Origin: Candidatus Multivoradales bacterium
Lineage (GTDB): Bacteria; Acidobacteriota; Thermoanaerobaculia; Multivoradales; J023
Reading direction: 5' to 3'
Length of the DNA: 64,000 nucleotides
NCBI GenBank assembly: GCA_965248925.1
Contig: CBDFLE010000006.1
Location: 3,232,001 to 3,296,000, forward strand
Shown here one piece after another: positions 10,601 through 20,346 of this stretch. A model generated the notes under the pieces. That model saw only the letters and a program-made list of their open reading frames with translations, had not been told where the DNA came from and did not search any database. How positions within the stretch are numbered: position 1 is the first letter of the stretch; each line of letters opens with the position of its first letter. The position numbers and the translations under genes are program-made.

Positions 10601-11525
10601 AGTGATCGAGGCTGGCTAGCTGAACTGGCACTAGGCGCTCGGCTTGGTAGAGCACTGCATCGATGCCCCGTTCGGCGATCAGCTGCTCGATCTTGCGCAC
10701 CAAGCGAGTGCGTCGCTCTAGCAGGGTGCTGATTTGCAGCGGGCTGAGATAAGGCGACAGCCGAATGCGGACTTGGGCCGGCTCTAAGGCGCGCAAAGCG
10801 TTCCAGAACTGCTCGTCACAGATCTGGATGTTGGCGGCCCAGGGCAGTGCAGGAAGGGTCTTGAAGGTGCGAGTGTGGTCGACGTACCACAGCTTGCCCG
10901 AGGCATCGAAGAGCATGTTGCCGGTGTTGCGGTCGAAATTGTAGATCAGACTGTCGAATAGCGCCAATGCCTGCTTCTGTCGGTGCCAGGAGGCAGGTTT
11001 TTTCGGTTGTTGCTGGTTGGCGATACGGCGGCTTTCGGAGGTAGCGTTTTCGACCCACAGCTGGACCGAACCCCGCTTGCCGCCCAGGGTGCGCAAAGTT
11101 GCTGGCGGCACATTGTCGATGCCTAGCATTTGGCTGAGCTCGAAAGCGGCGACTTCGAAGATATAGCTGTCGCGTAGCTCGCGACGCTGCCGTGGCAAGT
11201 TGCGTTGATTGACTTTGTGATCGACAGTGCGAAAAATTGCGTGGGCGGTGATGCCATCGCGCTGCAAAGTCAGCTTGAGTGGTTTGTTGCTGCCGTCGTT
11301 CAGCTGCTTCTGGGTGATGATTTCGGCGTTGGCGAGAAACTCCACCGCCGCAGCGTTGGAGGTGAAGGGCAGCGGCTGGCCGTCGGCGTCGAGCCAGTTG
11401 GGCTGGGCGGCAGCGGTCGCGGCGCTCAGGGTCAAGATCAGGGTCAAGATCAGGCTATTCAGCAGCCAGCGGGCGGCGCTGGTGGTCCGGGTTTTTATCG
11501 TGGTCGAGAAGGCGAGAGAATGCAT
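10599..11525 (-). CDS. Exported atypical kinase-like protein (Fam20C/four-jointed/PI4K-like fold)
   Basis: Signal peptide ending SAATAAA-Q; EVAAFELSQMLGIDNVPP, GSVQLW, FDSLIYNFDRNTGN, VDHTRTF. Confidence 0.7.
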   Translation of the reverse strand: MHSLAFSTTIKTRTTSAARWLLNSLILTLILTLSAATAAAQPNWLDADGQPLPFTSNAAAVEFLANAEIITQKQLNDGSNKPLKLTLQRDGITAHAIFRTVDHKVNQRNLPRQRRELRDSYIFEVAAFELSQMLGIDNVPPATLRTLGGKRGSVQLWVENATSESRRIANQQQPKKPASWHRQKQALALFDSLIYNFDRNTGNMLFDASGKLWYVDHTRTFKTLPALPWAANIQICDEQFWNALRALEPAQVRIRLSPYLSPLQISTLLERRTRLVRKIEQLIAERGIDAVLYQAERLVPVQLASLDH

Positions 11526-11710
11526 GATTCAAATCCCCGTCCAAGGTGTGCAGAAGGTGATTCGGCCGCAGCGGGAGTTGCCTCAGGTGAATCTTGCAGG
11601 GCCGAAAGGTCGCCATCAGCGACGTTCAATAGCTAATACGCTCGGTGCGGCAGGTTGTTCGCAAATCCGGGCAAAAAAAGCTCAAGAAGGTGTTGGCCGG
11701 GATAGCCGGT

Positions 11711-12931
11711 TCACCGACTGGGTTGGCCGGTTTGGACCGCTGTTGGAGGTTCGAGCAGCCTTTGTTCGAGGCCGACGTAGATCGCCGTGAAAGTACCGTG
11801 CTCGATCTCCAGAGCCGCTGGCCGGCCACCGGTGTAGACCGACGACAGCATGCCGGTATCGATCAGGAACACCCCGCCGTCGAAGCGGCTACGGATCGAA
11901 CGAGGGCGTTGCGGCGTGTGCCCCACCACCAGATGGCGGATGCCGAGCGCGTCGAGGATACCCGGCAACTCGCTCAGGCCGTGTTGGTCGCTCCAGCGAG
12001 CGTAGCCGCGAAACCACAGTGGCCCATCAGAGCGCACCGTCAACCATTGGTCGATGTCTAGCAAGTGCTGCCAGCCGCTGGCAGAGTCGGCCATCGGCTG
12101 GCCGCTTTTTAGCGCTGCCCGGGCCGCCGCCACCACCTCGCGCGCTGAGGAGGTGGGCAGTACCCGTTGCTGGTCGAGCAACCAAGCGCGGGCGCGGTCC
12201 CAGAGTTCGATCTCTTCGCGCACCTGGCGGTTGATCCGGTCGATGCCGAGGGCGGCCATCGCCGGATTGAGGCCGCCATGCAAGTAGACCACGTCCCCAA
12301 TTTGCACCGCCGCTGGGTGGCCGCGGATCCAGCGACCTAATCTACCCTCGGGGCCGAGCGCCTCGACGTAGTTGAGCAACCCTGGAGGGTGTTCCTCGAG
12401 ACAGCGGGCTCGGGCCTGCTTTTTCGACGGCACTGCCAAGCCCCGCCGTCGGGCGCTCTGCCGGGCGAGTTCGGGGTATGTTCGGCACACCACGGTGCGG
12501 CGCGCCTCAGAGCGTTCGTCGGCAAGTTCGTCGACGATCTCGGGGGTCACATCCCGCAGTTCGCCGATCAGGTTCAAGACCTCGTGATTGCCCAGTAACA
12601 CGATCACTTCGCCGCCGCTGGCCGGTGCTTGGCGTTGCAGGTCCATCAACAACTGGGCGGCGCGCAGGGCGCGGGCTCCGCGGTCGAGGTAGTCGCCGGT
12701 CTGCACCAGGATGGACTCGCCGCCGACCCATCTTTGGCGTCCATCGATCAAGCCGCTCTGGCGCAAGATGGTGACCAAGCCTTCATAGGCCCCGTGGATG
12801 TCGCCGATCGCCACCACCCGCCGCTCGCTAGGCTGAGACTGGGGCCGGATCGAGGTGCCGGTGGCGGCTCCGCTGTGTGGCAGAAGCAACCCGGCGAAGG
12901 CGGTGACTAGCAGGATCCTAGACCACTGCAC
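11711..12931 (-). CDS. Exported metallophosphoesterase (Shewanella-like PPP phosphatase)
   Basis: GDIHG, GDYLDRG, LLGNHE, HGG, GPLWFR, VVGHTPQ, IDTG; N-terminal signal peptide. Confidence 0.9.
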   Translation of the reverse strand: MQWSRILLVTAFAGLLLPHSGAATGTSIRPQSQPSERRVVAIGDIHGAYEGLVTILRQSGLIDGRQRWVGGESILVQTGDYLDRGARALRAAQLLMDLQRQAPASGGEVIVLLGNHEVLNLIGELRDVTPEIVDELADERSEARRTVVCRTYPELARQSARRRGLAVPSKKQARARCLEEHPPGLLNYVEALGPEGRLGRWIRGHPAAVQIGDVVYLHGGLNPAMAALGIDRINRQVREEIELWDRARAWLLDQQRVLPTSSAREVVAAARAALKSGQPMADSASGWQHLLDIDQWLTVRSDGPLWFRGYARWSDQHGLSELPGILDALGIRHLVVGHTPQRPRSIRSRFDGGVFLIDTGMLSSVYTGGRPAALEIEHGTFTAIYVGLEQRLLEPPTAVQTGQPSR

Positions 12932-13364
12932 GGCGCGTTTCTCCGGCCGCCGAAGCCTGGTCTAGTGAGTCTCCCAACAAGCGTCTGAAGAGAGCCTTGA
13001 CGATCTCGATGTTGTTCGACAGCAGGTCGAAAAAGTCGTCGGCGGAGATCTCCAACAGCACCGCGCCGCGGCTGCTGGCGTGCTCTCGGCGCAGCCTGCC
13101 GCTGAGAATCTCGCGCACGCCGAAGCAGTCGTACGTGGAGGCTTGCCGCTCGGCGCCGGTCTCAGCGCTCAGCGTGACCGCCCCTTCGACGATGCAGTAG
13201 AGGGCCTCTGGAGGATCATTGAGGCGATAGATCGAGGCGCCGGGCGGCAGCCGGCGCTGGTGGGCGATGCCGGCCAAACGCATCACCTGCTCGGCGCTGC
13301 AGAAGGCCAGCAAATCCGCTGACTGCAGATGGATGGCCATCTGAATGTGGGTAAGCTGCGACAT
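12918..13364 (-). CDS. Stand-alone cyclic-nucleotide-binding (Crp-like) domain protein
   Basis: IYRLNDPPEALYCIVEGAV, CFGVREIL, R...ASS; overlaps the phosphatase start by 14 nt. Confidence 0.8.
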   Translation of the reverse strand: MSQLTHIQMAIHLQSADLLAFCSAEQVMRLAGIAHQRRLPPGASIYRLNDPPEALYCIVEGAVTLSAETGAERQASTYDCFGVREILSGRLRREHASSRGAVLLEISADDFFDLLSNNIEIVKALFRRLLGDSLDQASAAGETRRAVV

Positions 13365-13444
13365 TCGAAGTCGCTAGTTTATCAGCCTATCGAAGAGGGC
13401 GAGGGGTGGGGAGATTGGCGGCCGCAGCAGCCCAGCGGCGGCGG

Positions 13445-14110
13445 TTAGCGCCGGGCGGCAGTTGGCAAATAACTCGGCAAGGGTACCTCCGGGTCGAGGT
13501 CGGGAGCTGGCTGGGGTGTGCCGAAAACCAGGTCCAGCGGCAAGACCCCGCTCCAGTAGCCCAGCTGCAGATCCGACGCCTTGTCTTTTGGCGGTCCGCT
13601 GCGGACTTTGGCCGAAGCCTCCTCGATCGGTAATTCCAGCACCGTTGTGGCGGCGATTTCTTGCTCGCTAGCGGGTCGGGAATCGGCGCTCCGTCCGGCC
13701 AGCACGTGCTCTACGAAACCTGTCAGCGCACGGCTTTTCTCCGCCGGGTCGAGCAGCGGCCGGGCGCGTCCGAAGAGCATCACCGAGCGGTAGTTCATCG
13801 AGTGGTGGAATTGCGATCGCGCCAACACCAGGCCGTCGAGCAGGGTGACGGTGATACAGATTTCGATGCCCTCGCCAAGCTCGCGCATCATCCGGCTGGC
13901 GATCGAGCCGTGCAAGATCAGGCGATCCCCAGAGCGACCGTAGGCGGTGGGAATGACGAAAGGCTTGCCGTTGACGACGAAGCCGGCGTGGCACACCAAG
14001 CCCTGATCGAGAATGTCGTAGATCTGCTGGCGCCGATGGCTGCCGCGTCCTGGCTGGCTCCGTGGAGTGGTTCGTTGGGTAATTGGCAGCGAGGCGTTTG
14101 GGGTGCTCAT
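13445..14110 (-). CDS. Pyridoxamine 5'-phosphate oxidase-like flavin-binding protein
   Basis: ILDQGLVCHAGF, LHGS..SRM, DGLVLARSQFHHSMNYRSV, SAKVRSGPP. Confidence 0.88.
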   Translation of the reverse strand: MSTPNASLPITQRTTPRSQPGRGSHRRQQIYDILDQGLVCHAGFVVNGKPFVIPTAYGRSGDRLILHGSIASRMMRELGEGIEICITVTLLDGLVLARSQFHHSMNYRSVMLFGRARPLLDPAEKSRALTGFVEHVLAGRSADSRPASEQEIAATTVLELPIEEASAKVRSGPPKDKASDLQLGYWSGVLPLDLVFGTPQPAPDLDPEVPLPSYLPTAARR

Positions 14111-14131
14111 GGGGGTATCTTCTTCGCTCAA

Positions 14132-14176
14132 TTGGTTCTAGTGAAGATCCAATTCAGCATAAAATGACAGAACCAA
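14132..14176. promoter_or_regulatory. Candidate MocR operator (inverted repeat ttggttct/agaaccaa)
   Basis: 8-bp inverted repeat in the AT-rich divergent intergenic region. Confidence 0.5.
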
Positions 14177-14194
14177 AAAGGAGCCATCGCCACC

Positions 14195-15646
14195 ATGTCT
14201 TGGATCTCTAGCCTCAGTACCGAGCCCCTGCATCGCCAGCTCTACTATTCCCTGCGCCAGGCTATCTTGGCGGGTGGATTCGAACGCGGTTGCCGCCTGC
14301 CGGCGAGTCGGGCGCTGGCCGAAGAGCAGGGAGTGTCGCGCAACGTGGTGCTAGCGGCCTACGATCAATTGCAAGCGGAGGGCTACTTGCAGGCCCGTCA
14401 AGGGGCCGGGACCTTCGTCGCTCCGGTGCTGCCCGAGGAACTCTTGCGGGCGGCCGTCGGCGATTTTGGGCCACCGCCTGGTCGGCCACCGACGCCGCGG
14501 CTGTCGAGCTACGCTCGGCGCGCCTTGGCCGAGGGTATCGTCGAGCCTGAAGGAGCTTCCGCTCCGCCGTGTGATTTTCGCTATGGCGTGCCGGCGGTCG
14601 ATGCTCAGACCTTGGAGGTGTGGCGGCGCTGTGTCGCCCGCCAATCGCGCCGCCCGGATCTAGGCTATGCACCGCCGGCCGGCCATCCGGGTCTCAGGCG
14701 GTCCTTGGCGGCTTATTTGCGTCGCTGCCGCGGTGTTGACTGCCAGCCATCGCAAGTGCTGATCACCAACGGTTCCCAACAGGCTCTCGATTTGGTGGTG
14801 CGGGCGTTGGTCGATCCTGGCGACGTGGTGGCGATCGAAGATCCTTGCTACCTCGGCATTCGCCGGGTGCTCGCTGCTCAGGGCTGTGTTCTACGGCCGG
14901 CGCGGGTGGATGGAAGAGGACTCGATCCCGAGTCCATCGACCCGCGGGCGCGGTTGGTCTACGTCACCCCGTCCCACCAGTTTCCCAGTGGCGCGGTGAT
15001 GCCCGTCGACCGTCGTTTGGCGTTGCTAGATTGGGCGGCGCGAAGCGGCGGCTGGGTTCTAGAGGACGACTACGACAGCGAGTTCCGCTACCGCGGCCGG
15101 CCGCTGGCGGCTTTGCAGGGACTCGATCGGCAGGCGCGAACTCTCTATGTTGGCACCTTTTCGAAAGTACTTTACCCGGCATTGCGGCTCGGCTTCCTGG
15201 TGGTGCCGCCACAGTTGCTGGCGGTTTTCGAGGCGCTCAAGTGGCTGGCCGATCGGCACACCCCGATGCTGCTGCAGGCGGCCCTTGCCGACCTGTTGGA
15301 CCAGGGCCACTACGAGCGCCACTTACGCCGGGCGCGGGCGACTAGCGCGGCGCGGTTGAAGGTGTTGTTGGCGGCCCTTGACCAGCAATTTGGTGAGCGC
15401 ATTGAGATCGAGGGTGCCGATGCCGGGGTACACCTGGTCTTGTGGCTGCGTGATCTGGCGCCGGAGCAGCTGCCCGAGCGCATCGCCAGAGCGCGGCAAG
15501 CCGGACTGGGGATCTACCCGATCGCGCCTTACTACTGGCGGCCCCCCGATCGCGCCGGACTGTTGATCGGCTGGGCTTCCCTCGATGAGCCGACCTTGCG
15601 GGAGGGCGTGGCTCGCCTGGCCGAGGTGCTATCGTCGAGCGGATGA
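14195..15646 (+). CDS. MocR/GntR family regulator with PLP-aminotransferase domain
   Basis: wHTH LPASRALAEEQGVSRNVV, YVTPSHQFPSG, EDDYDSEFRY, GTFSKVL. Confidence 0.93.
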   Translation: MSWISSLSTEPLHRQLYYSLRQAILAGGFERGCRLPASRALAEEQGVSRNVVLAAYDQLQAEGYLQARQGAGTFVAPVLPEELLRAAVGDFGPPPGRPPTPRLSSYARRALAEGIVEPEGASAPPCDFRYGVPAVDAQTLEVWRRCVARQSRRPDLGYAPPAGHPGLRRSLAAYLRRCRGVDCQPSQVLITNGSQQALDLVVRALVDPGDVVAIEDPCYLGIRRVLAAQGCVLRPARVDGRGLDPESIDPRARLVYVTPSHQFPSGAVMPVDRRLALLDWAARSGGWVLEDDYDSEFRYRGRPLAALQGLDRQARTLYVGTFSKVLYPALRLGFLVVPPQLLAVFEALKWLADRHTPMLLQAALADLLDQGHYERHLRRARATSAARLKVLLAALDQQFGERIEIEGADAGVHLVLWLRDLAPEQLPERIARARQAGLGIYPIAPYYWRPPDRAGLLIGWASLDEPTLREGVARLAEVLSSSG

Positions 15647-16107
15647 GCGAAATCAAGAACATCCGTTTCATGCTCCGTTTGGCTTACCAGAGTGACGAAG
15701 CCTGGCATGGCCCGTCCTTGCGCGCAGTGCTCAACGGGGTTGACGCTGGCCAAGCCCAAGCGCGCCCCATCGCTGGGGCTCACTCCATCTTCGAGCTGGT
15801 GCATCACATCACCTTTGAGCGCCAGCGGGTTGCCGCTGCCATTGCCGCCGAGACCTTCGCTGACTGTGTTGTAGACGAAGCAGCATTCCCCGCCGACCCG
15901 ACGGTCGACGAAGATGCTTGGCAAGCAGCTTTGTCCGACCTCGAGGCTAGCCAGAAGCGGCTGATCAAAGAGCTGCGCCGCTTTCCCGACGAGCGTTTGC
16001 AGGAGAAAGTGCCGGGTCGGGACTACAGCTTCTACTTCGTGCTGCACGGCATCCTCCACCACGATATTTACCACACCGGCCAGATCGCGTTGCTGAAGAA
16101 GGGCTGA
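15643..16107 (+). CDS. DinB family protein
   Basis: AWHGPS, HSIFELVHH, HDIYHTGQI. Confidence 0.88.
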   Translation: MSEIKNIRFMLRLAYQSDEAWHGPSLRAVLNGVDAGQAQARPIAGAHSIFELVHHITFERQRVAAAIAAETFADCVVDEAAFPADPTVDEDAWQAALSDLEASQKRLIKELRRFPDERLQEKVPGRDYSFYFVLHGILHHDIYHTGQIALLKKG

Positions 16108-16118
16108 GCAGCGAAACC

Positions 16119-17267
16119 GTGACCACCAGCAAACAGCACCAGCGTCGAGCCTTTCAGGAGCGGAGCCGCGCCTTTGCCCAAGCTGCCGGTGGCGGCGATC
16201 TGCCGCTGATGCGCGCCCTGATCGCTGAAGATCGCCGGGTCTTGATCCCGGACACCTCACTTTTGGAGGGGTGTTTGCGCGGCCAGGTCGAGGCGGTGCG
16301 ACTGATTCTCGACGAGGGCGTGTCGCCAGATCCGCCGCCGGGCAAAGATGGCAACCAGAGCCGTCGGGCGATCACCCGAGTGGTTCGCCGCACCAAGGCG
16401 GTGCGTTGGACGCCGCGTCACCGTGAGGTGCTCGAACTGCTGCTCGAACGAGGCGCCTCGATCCACGCTTTGCCGGGTTGGGACGGCGCTTCCGGGCTTT
16501 CGGCCGCAGCTTCGGCAGCCAATCGTCAGGCAATCGAGGTGCTGCGCCGCCACGATCCGCAGCCGTTGGATCTGTTCGATGCCGCAGCCCTGGCCGATCT
16601 CGGCCGGGTCGAAGAGTTGCTAGCGAAGAGCCCATCGGCGGCCACTGAAGTGTCGACCGGCGGAGCGACCGCGTTGCAATACTGCGCCCACTCGGCGCTC
16701 GGCACCGACAAGGTGACCGACGCGGCGAATTTGATCGCCATTGCCGAGCGCCTGCTCGACCTCGGAGCGCCCCTCGATCCAGTCGAGCTGGGTCCGCAGA
16801 CGACCTACCCGGCGGTCTACCTGGCCTGCTACTCCGGCAATGACGAGGTGGCCGGGGTTCTGCTGCGGCGTGGCGCCGAGCCGGGCTACGTGTTGCTGCG
16901 GGCCTTGGTGGCTGGGCGGTCGAGGGTTCTCGAACAGCTGGCGAAGCGCCGGCCAGAACTCGACCTCGACCTGCCGATGGAGGATCGGCGGCGCAGCCCG
17001 CTGGTGGTCGATATGGTGCGCAGCGGCCAGCTGCGATCGGCTAGATGGTTGGTTGAACAGGGTGCCGATCTGACGGCCAGCGATAGCGAGGGCAGCACCG
17101 CCTTGCATCTTGCGGCCCAGCGGGGCGCGGCAAGCGATTTTCTGACCCTGCTGATCGAGCATAGCGCGCCGCTCGGGGCAGTGGACGCCGCGGGCCGCTC
17201 TCCCCTCGATCTGGCGCTGCGGCGGCGCCAAGGGCCGGCGGTCGAATTGCTCCGGTCTCTGGCCTGA
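16119..17267 (+). CDS. Ankyrin repeat protein
   Basis: GATALQY, GSTALHLAA, GRSPLDLA, LLERGA repeats. Confidence 0.85.
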   Translation: MTTSKQHQRRAFQERSRAFAQAAGGGDLPLMRALIAEDRRVLIPDTSLLEGCLRGQVEAVRLILDEGVSPDPPPGKDGNQSRRAITRVVRRTKAVRWTPRHREVLELLLERGASIHALPGWDGASGLSAAASAANRQAIEVLRRHDPQPLDLFDAAALADLGRVEELLAKSPSAATEVSTGGATALQYCAHSALGTDKVTDAANLIAIAERLLDLGAPLDPVELGPQTTYPAVYLACYSGNDEVAGVLLRRGAEPGYVLLRALVAGRSRVLEQLAKRRPELDLDLPMEDRRRSPLVVDMVRSGQLRSARWLVEQGADLTASDSEGSTALHLAAQRGAASDFLTLLIEHSAPLGAVDAAGRSPLDLALRRRQGPAVELLRSLA

Positions 17268-17273
17268 GATGAT

Positions 17274-20129
17274 CTAGCGGCTCGCGATCCGTTGGAGCAG
17301 CAGGTCGGTGGTCTCGCGCACCATTGGGTCGGGCTCGCCCTCGGCGGCTCGATGGATCAACTCAAACAGCGATTCGTGTTGGCGATCAACAATGAAGTGC
17401 AATGCGGCGGCACTCCACCAGGCGGCGTCGGCGTCGCCCACCGGGCGCTGCCACACCAGGCGTTCCAAGGTCTTGCGCAGCGATTCGGCGCGCAGACTGA
17501 ATTCTCGCTCCGCTCGGCGGTGACGTTCGTGCCGCGGCAGGTCGTCGATCACCGTCAGCACCTGCAGGCGGGCTGCGCCACGCAGCGTATTGTCGAGGTA
17601 CTCCAGGGCATGGCAGCGCAACCTGGGCTGAGCACAGACCAAGGCTTGGTGGGCGGCGCGAATGTCCTTGGGGTCGCCGAGCAGAGCGAGCAGGCCGAAA
17701 AGATTGTCGAAGTGGTCGTTCATGCGGTCGGCGAGGAGTCGTTCGAGCAGATGGGGGCCGGCACTATCAGAGGTTCGCGGCCAGGTCACCACCGGGCCGT
17801 TCAGCGGCAGCTCGCTACCGGAGATCGATTCGAGGTCAAGAAGGCGCCGCAGATAAGAGCGAGCTTCGATCTTGAGTTGCATCTCTAACAACTCGTCGGG
17901 TTGCCCCAGCTCGCCTTTGGGCAGCGCCCCCAGAGCTTCGATCAACTTGCGACGCAGAAATGGATCAGTGGCTGAAAAAGAGCGGCAGAGAGTGTCTGCC
18001 GCCGCCGCGCCGCCGATCTGTGCCACCGTCTTGGGTAGTGCCCGGCGTACCCAAATCTCCTCGTGGCTGTCGTTGAGGAAGTGCTCCAACGCCGGCAGGA
18101 TGGTCGGGCCGTAGGCTACCAGGGCGGCGCGCGAACTGTGTTTTAGCTGCCGCTGGTGCAGATGGGAGGTCAGGATCGGCACGTAGAGGGGATTGCGGGC
18201 GCCCCGCTCGACGCGCTTCGAAACGGCGTCGATAGCAGCCAGCACCACTGTCGGTTCGGCGTCATAGAGAAGTTGCACCAAGCCGGCTTGGACATGTGGA
18301 TCGTCGAGGCTACCCAGGGCGTCGGCTGCCGCCTGGCGGATTCCACTGTTGCCGTCGCCGAGCATCTCGCGGAGGGCTGAATCGGCCAGTTGGCGGCTCA
18401 GCGGATCGGGCTGGCTGGCCAGATAGGCGAGGGCCGCGGCGCGCACTCGTACGTCGCCATCGCGCAGCCGCTCCCGCATCAGGGCGCGAGCATCTTCGGC
18501 GGCCAGGTCGGCGAGGACTTGAGTGGCGGTGGCGCGCACCGTCGGGTCGCCGTCGCCCAGCAGACGTTCGATCAGTGGCAGAGCGTCGCGGCGCTCGGCA
18601 TCGCGTAGCACTAGTAGGGTTCGGCGGCGCACCGCGGGGTCTGGATGGTGCAGCATCAGTGGGGTGACCAACTGGCCGCGACCGTGCGCGGCGAGCAGTT
18701 CCAGGCTGTGCAGCACGCGGCGCGACTCGCTGCTGCCAAGGCCCTCGACCAGCACTTCAAGGGTTGCGGAGTCGGTCAGGTCAAGGTCGGCCGGCCGAGT
18801 TTTGGGAGCTGTTGGCAGGCCCTCGCGAAACAGTTGAACGTAGCGCCGCCGCAGGGGCCCTAGTAGCGCCAACCAAGCAGCGATCCACAGCAGGCTGAGC
18901 CAGGCGGTAGCTTCGATCGACAACCAACCGAAGGTGACAGCGAGCAGTGCGACGGCGGCCGCGCCCTTGGCGAATCGTTGCACAAAGACGTCGATGAACG
19001 CCTTGGCCCGAGCGCGGCCGGCCTCCGGGAGGGGCATGAAGAGCAGCTCTCGGGTTGCTTGATCGAGGGAGTAGCGCAGGCCGTTCTCGGAGATCTTCAG
19101 CCACCACACCGCGGGTAGGACCAGGGTAGGAGCCACCAGCGCGGCGCAGATCAAGAAGATAGTGCCAAGGCCGTTGGATAAAGGCAGAACATAGAGTGCC
19201 AGGCGAACTCCGTGCCGGCGATGCATCAGCCCGGTCAGCAGCAGTTGGCAGAGCAGGGCGGCAATTCCGGTCAGGCTGTAAAGGTTGCCGAAGGCCGCGG
19301 TGCGCTGGTCGAGGTTGCTGGTGCTGGTCTCGATCACCCAGGAGAGTTGTAGATCGATCACCTGTGCGACCATTGTCGCCAGCAGCACCAATCCGGCGAG
19401 TAGCCGCAGATAGGAGGAGTGGCGCAGCAAAGCAAGGCCGCTGCGGGCCTCGGCGAGGCTGTCGCTAGAGGGTTGCGCTGGCGGCGTGGTGGGGCGCTTC
19501 TCGGGCTGGCGAATAGACCAGGCGCACGCCGCCGCGGCCAACAACCAAGCGATGGCGACCCAGAGGGCCGAACGGGTGTCGAGCAGGGCACTGGTCCAGC
19601 GTGCCATTTGACCGCCGACGATGCCGCCCAGAATGCCCCCAGCACCAATTGCCCCGAACAGCCTCCGTGCCTGTCGCGGGTCGAGCAGCAGACCGGCCCA
19701 GCACCACAGCTGGCTGACCAGCAACAGGCCGACGATGGCGATCCACAGGTAGAAAAGCAAGCTAGGCCACTGGCTGTCGAGTCCCAGCGCCCACCAGAAG
19801 AAGACCAGACCGGCGGCCACTCCCAGGCTCGAACCGAGCAGCAGCCGGCGCGGGCCGAAGCTCTCTGGTGAACGTGTGTAGAGTCGTAACAGGGGATAGG
19901 AGCACAGCGCCGCCAAGAGATAGACCCAGGGCAACTGGGCCGCTCCCAGGGAGTCGACAAAAGTAGCTTGACGGACCGACTTGGCGACGTATTGGAAGCT
20001 CAACAAGCAGAAGTGGAGAGCGAAGAGGCGCCACAGCAGACGCCGCTCGTCAGTGCGAACGTCGAGCTTTAGCCAGCCGAGCCAGCCGCTTGATGGATGG
20101 CTGTGGGGCGATGGTTTGGGTGGAGGCAT
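17274..20129 (-). CDS. Npt1/Npt2 (TLC ATP/ADP translocase-like) MFS transporter fused to HEAT repeats
   Basis: About 12 TM; ARRLFGAIGAGGILGG, YSLDQATRELLFMPL, AKAFID; C-terminal HEAT repeats (LLGDGDPTVRATA). Confidence 0.88.
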   Translation of the reverse strand: MPPPKPSPHSHPSSGWLGWLKLDVRTDERRLLWRLFALHFCLLSFQYVAKSVRQATFVDSLGAAQLPWVYLLAALCSYPLLRLYTRSPESFGPRRLLLGSSLGVAAGLVFFWWALGLDSQWPSLLFYLWIAIVGLLLVSQLWCWAGLLLDPRQARRLFGAIGAGGILGGIVGGQMARWTSALLDTRSALWVAIAWLLAAAACAWSIRQPEKRPTTPPAQPSSDSLAEARSGLALLRHSSYLRLLAGLVLLATMVAQVIDLQLSWVIETSTSNLDQRTAAFGNLYSLTGIAALLCQLLLTGLMHRRHGVRLALYVLPLSNGLGTIFLICAALVAPTLVLPAVWWLKISENGLRYSLDQATRELLFMPLPEAGRARAKAFIDVFVQRFAKGAAAVALLAVTFGWLSIEATAWLSLLWIAAWLALLGPLRRRYVQLFREGLPTAPKTRPADLDLTDSATLEVLVEGLGSSESRRVLHSLELLAAHGRGQLVTPLMLHHPDPAVRRRTLLVLRDAERRDALPLIERLLGDGDPTVRATATQVLADLAAEDARALMRERLRDGDVRVRAAALAYLASQPDPLSRQLADSALREMLGDGNSGIRQAAADALGSLDDPHVQAGLVQLLYDAEPTVVLAAIDAVSKRVERGARNPLYVPILTSHLHQRQLKHSSRAALVAYGPTILPALEHFLNDSHEEIWVRRALPKTVAQIGGAAAADTLCRSFSATDPFLRRKLIEALGALPKGELGQPDELLEMQLKIEARSYLRRLLDLESISGSELPLNGPVVTWPRTSDSAGPHLLERLLADRMNDHFDNLFGLLALLGDPKDIRAAHQALVCAQPRLRCHALEYLDNTLRGAARLQVLTVIDDLPRHERHRRAEREFSLRAESLRKTLERLVWQRPVGDADAAWWSAAALHFIVDRQHESLFELIHRAAEGEPDPMVRETTDLLLQRIASR

Positions 20130-20346
20130 TTTCTGCTGCAGCTTATCGAGCCAGGCTGGTTCGGTCGCTGATGGAACTACGCGCCAAGTCGCTCGGCGTT
20201 GCGTCGCATAGGTGGTGGCGAGGTAAAAGGTGACTTTCCGATTCAGGTATCAGTCAACTAGGTTGTCAGGAATTCACCTTTTCGTCAGGTAGCATGGGAC
20301 TCCCTTCCCGGTTAGTCGAGTATGTCGTAGGCAAGGAGAATCGACG

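Noticed and set aside
13365-13445. Possible remnant of the NTT 3' end upstream of the cNMP gene
   Set aside because: Similarity (LFDRLIN* versus LLQRIASR*) is too weak
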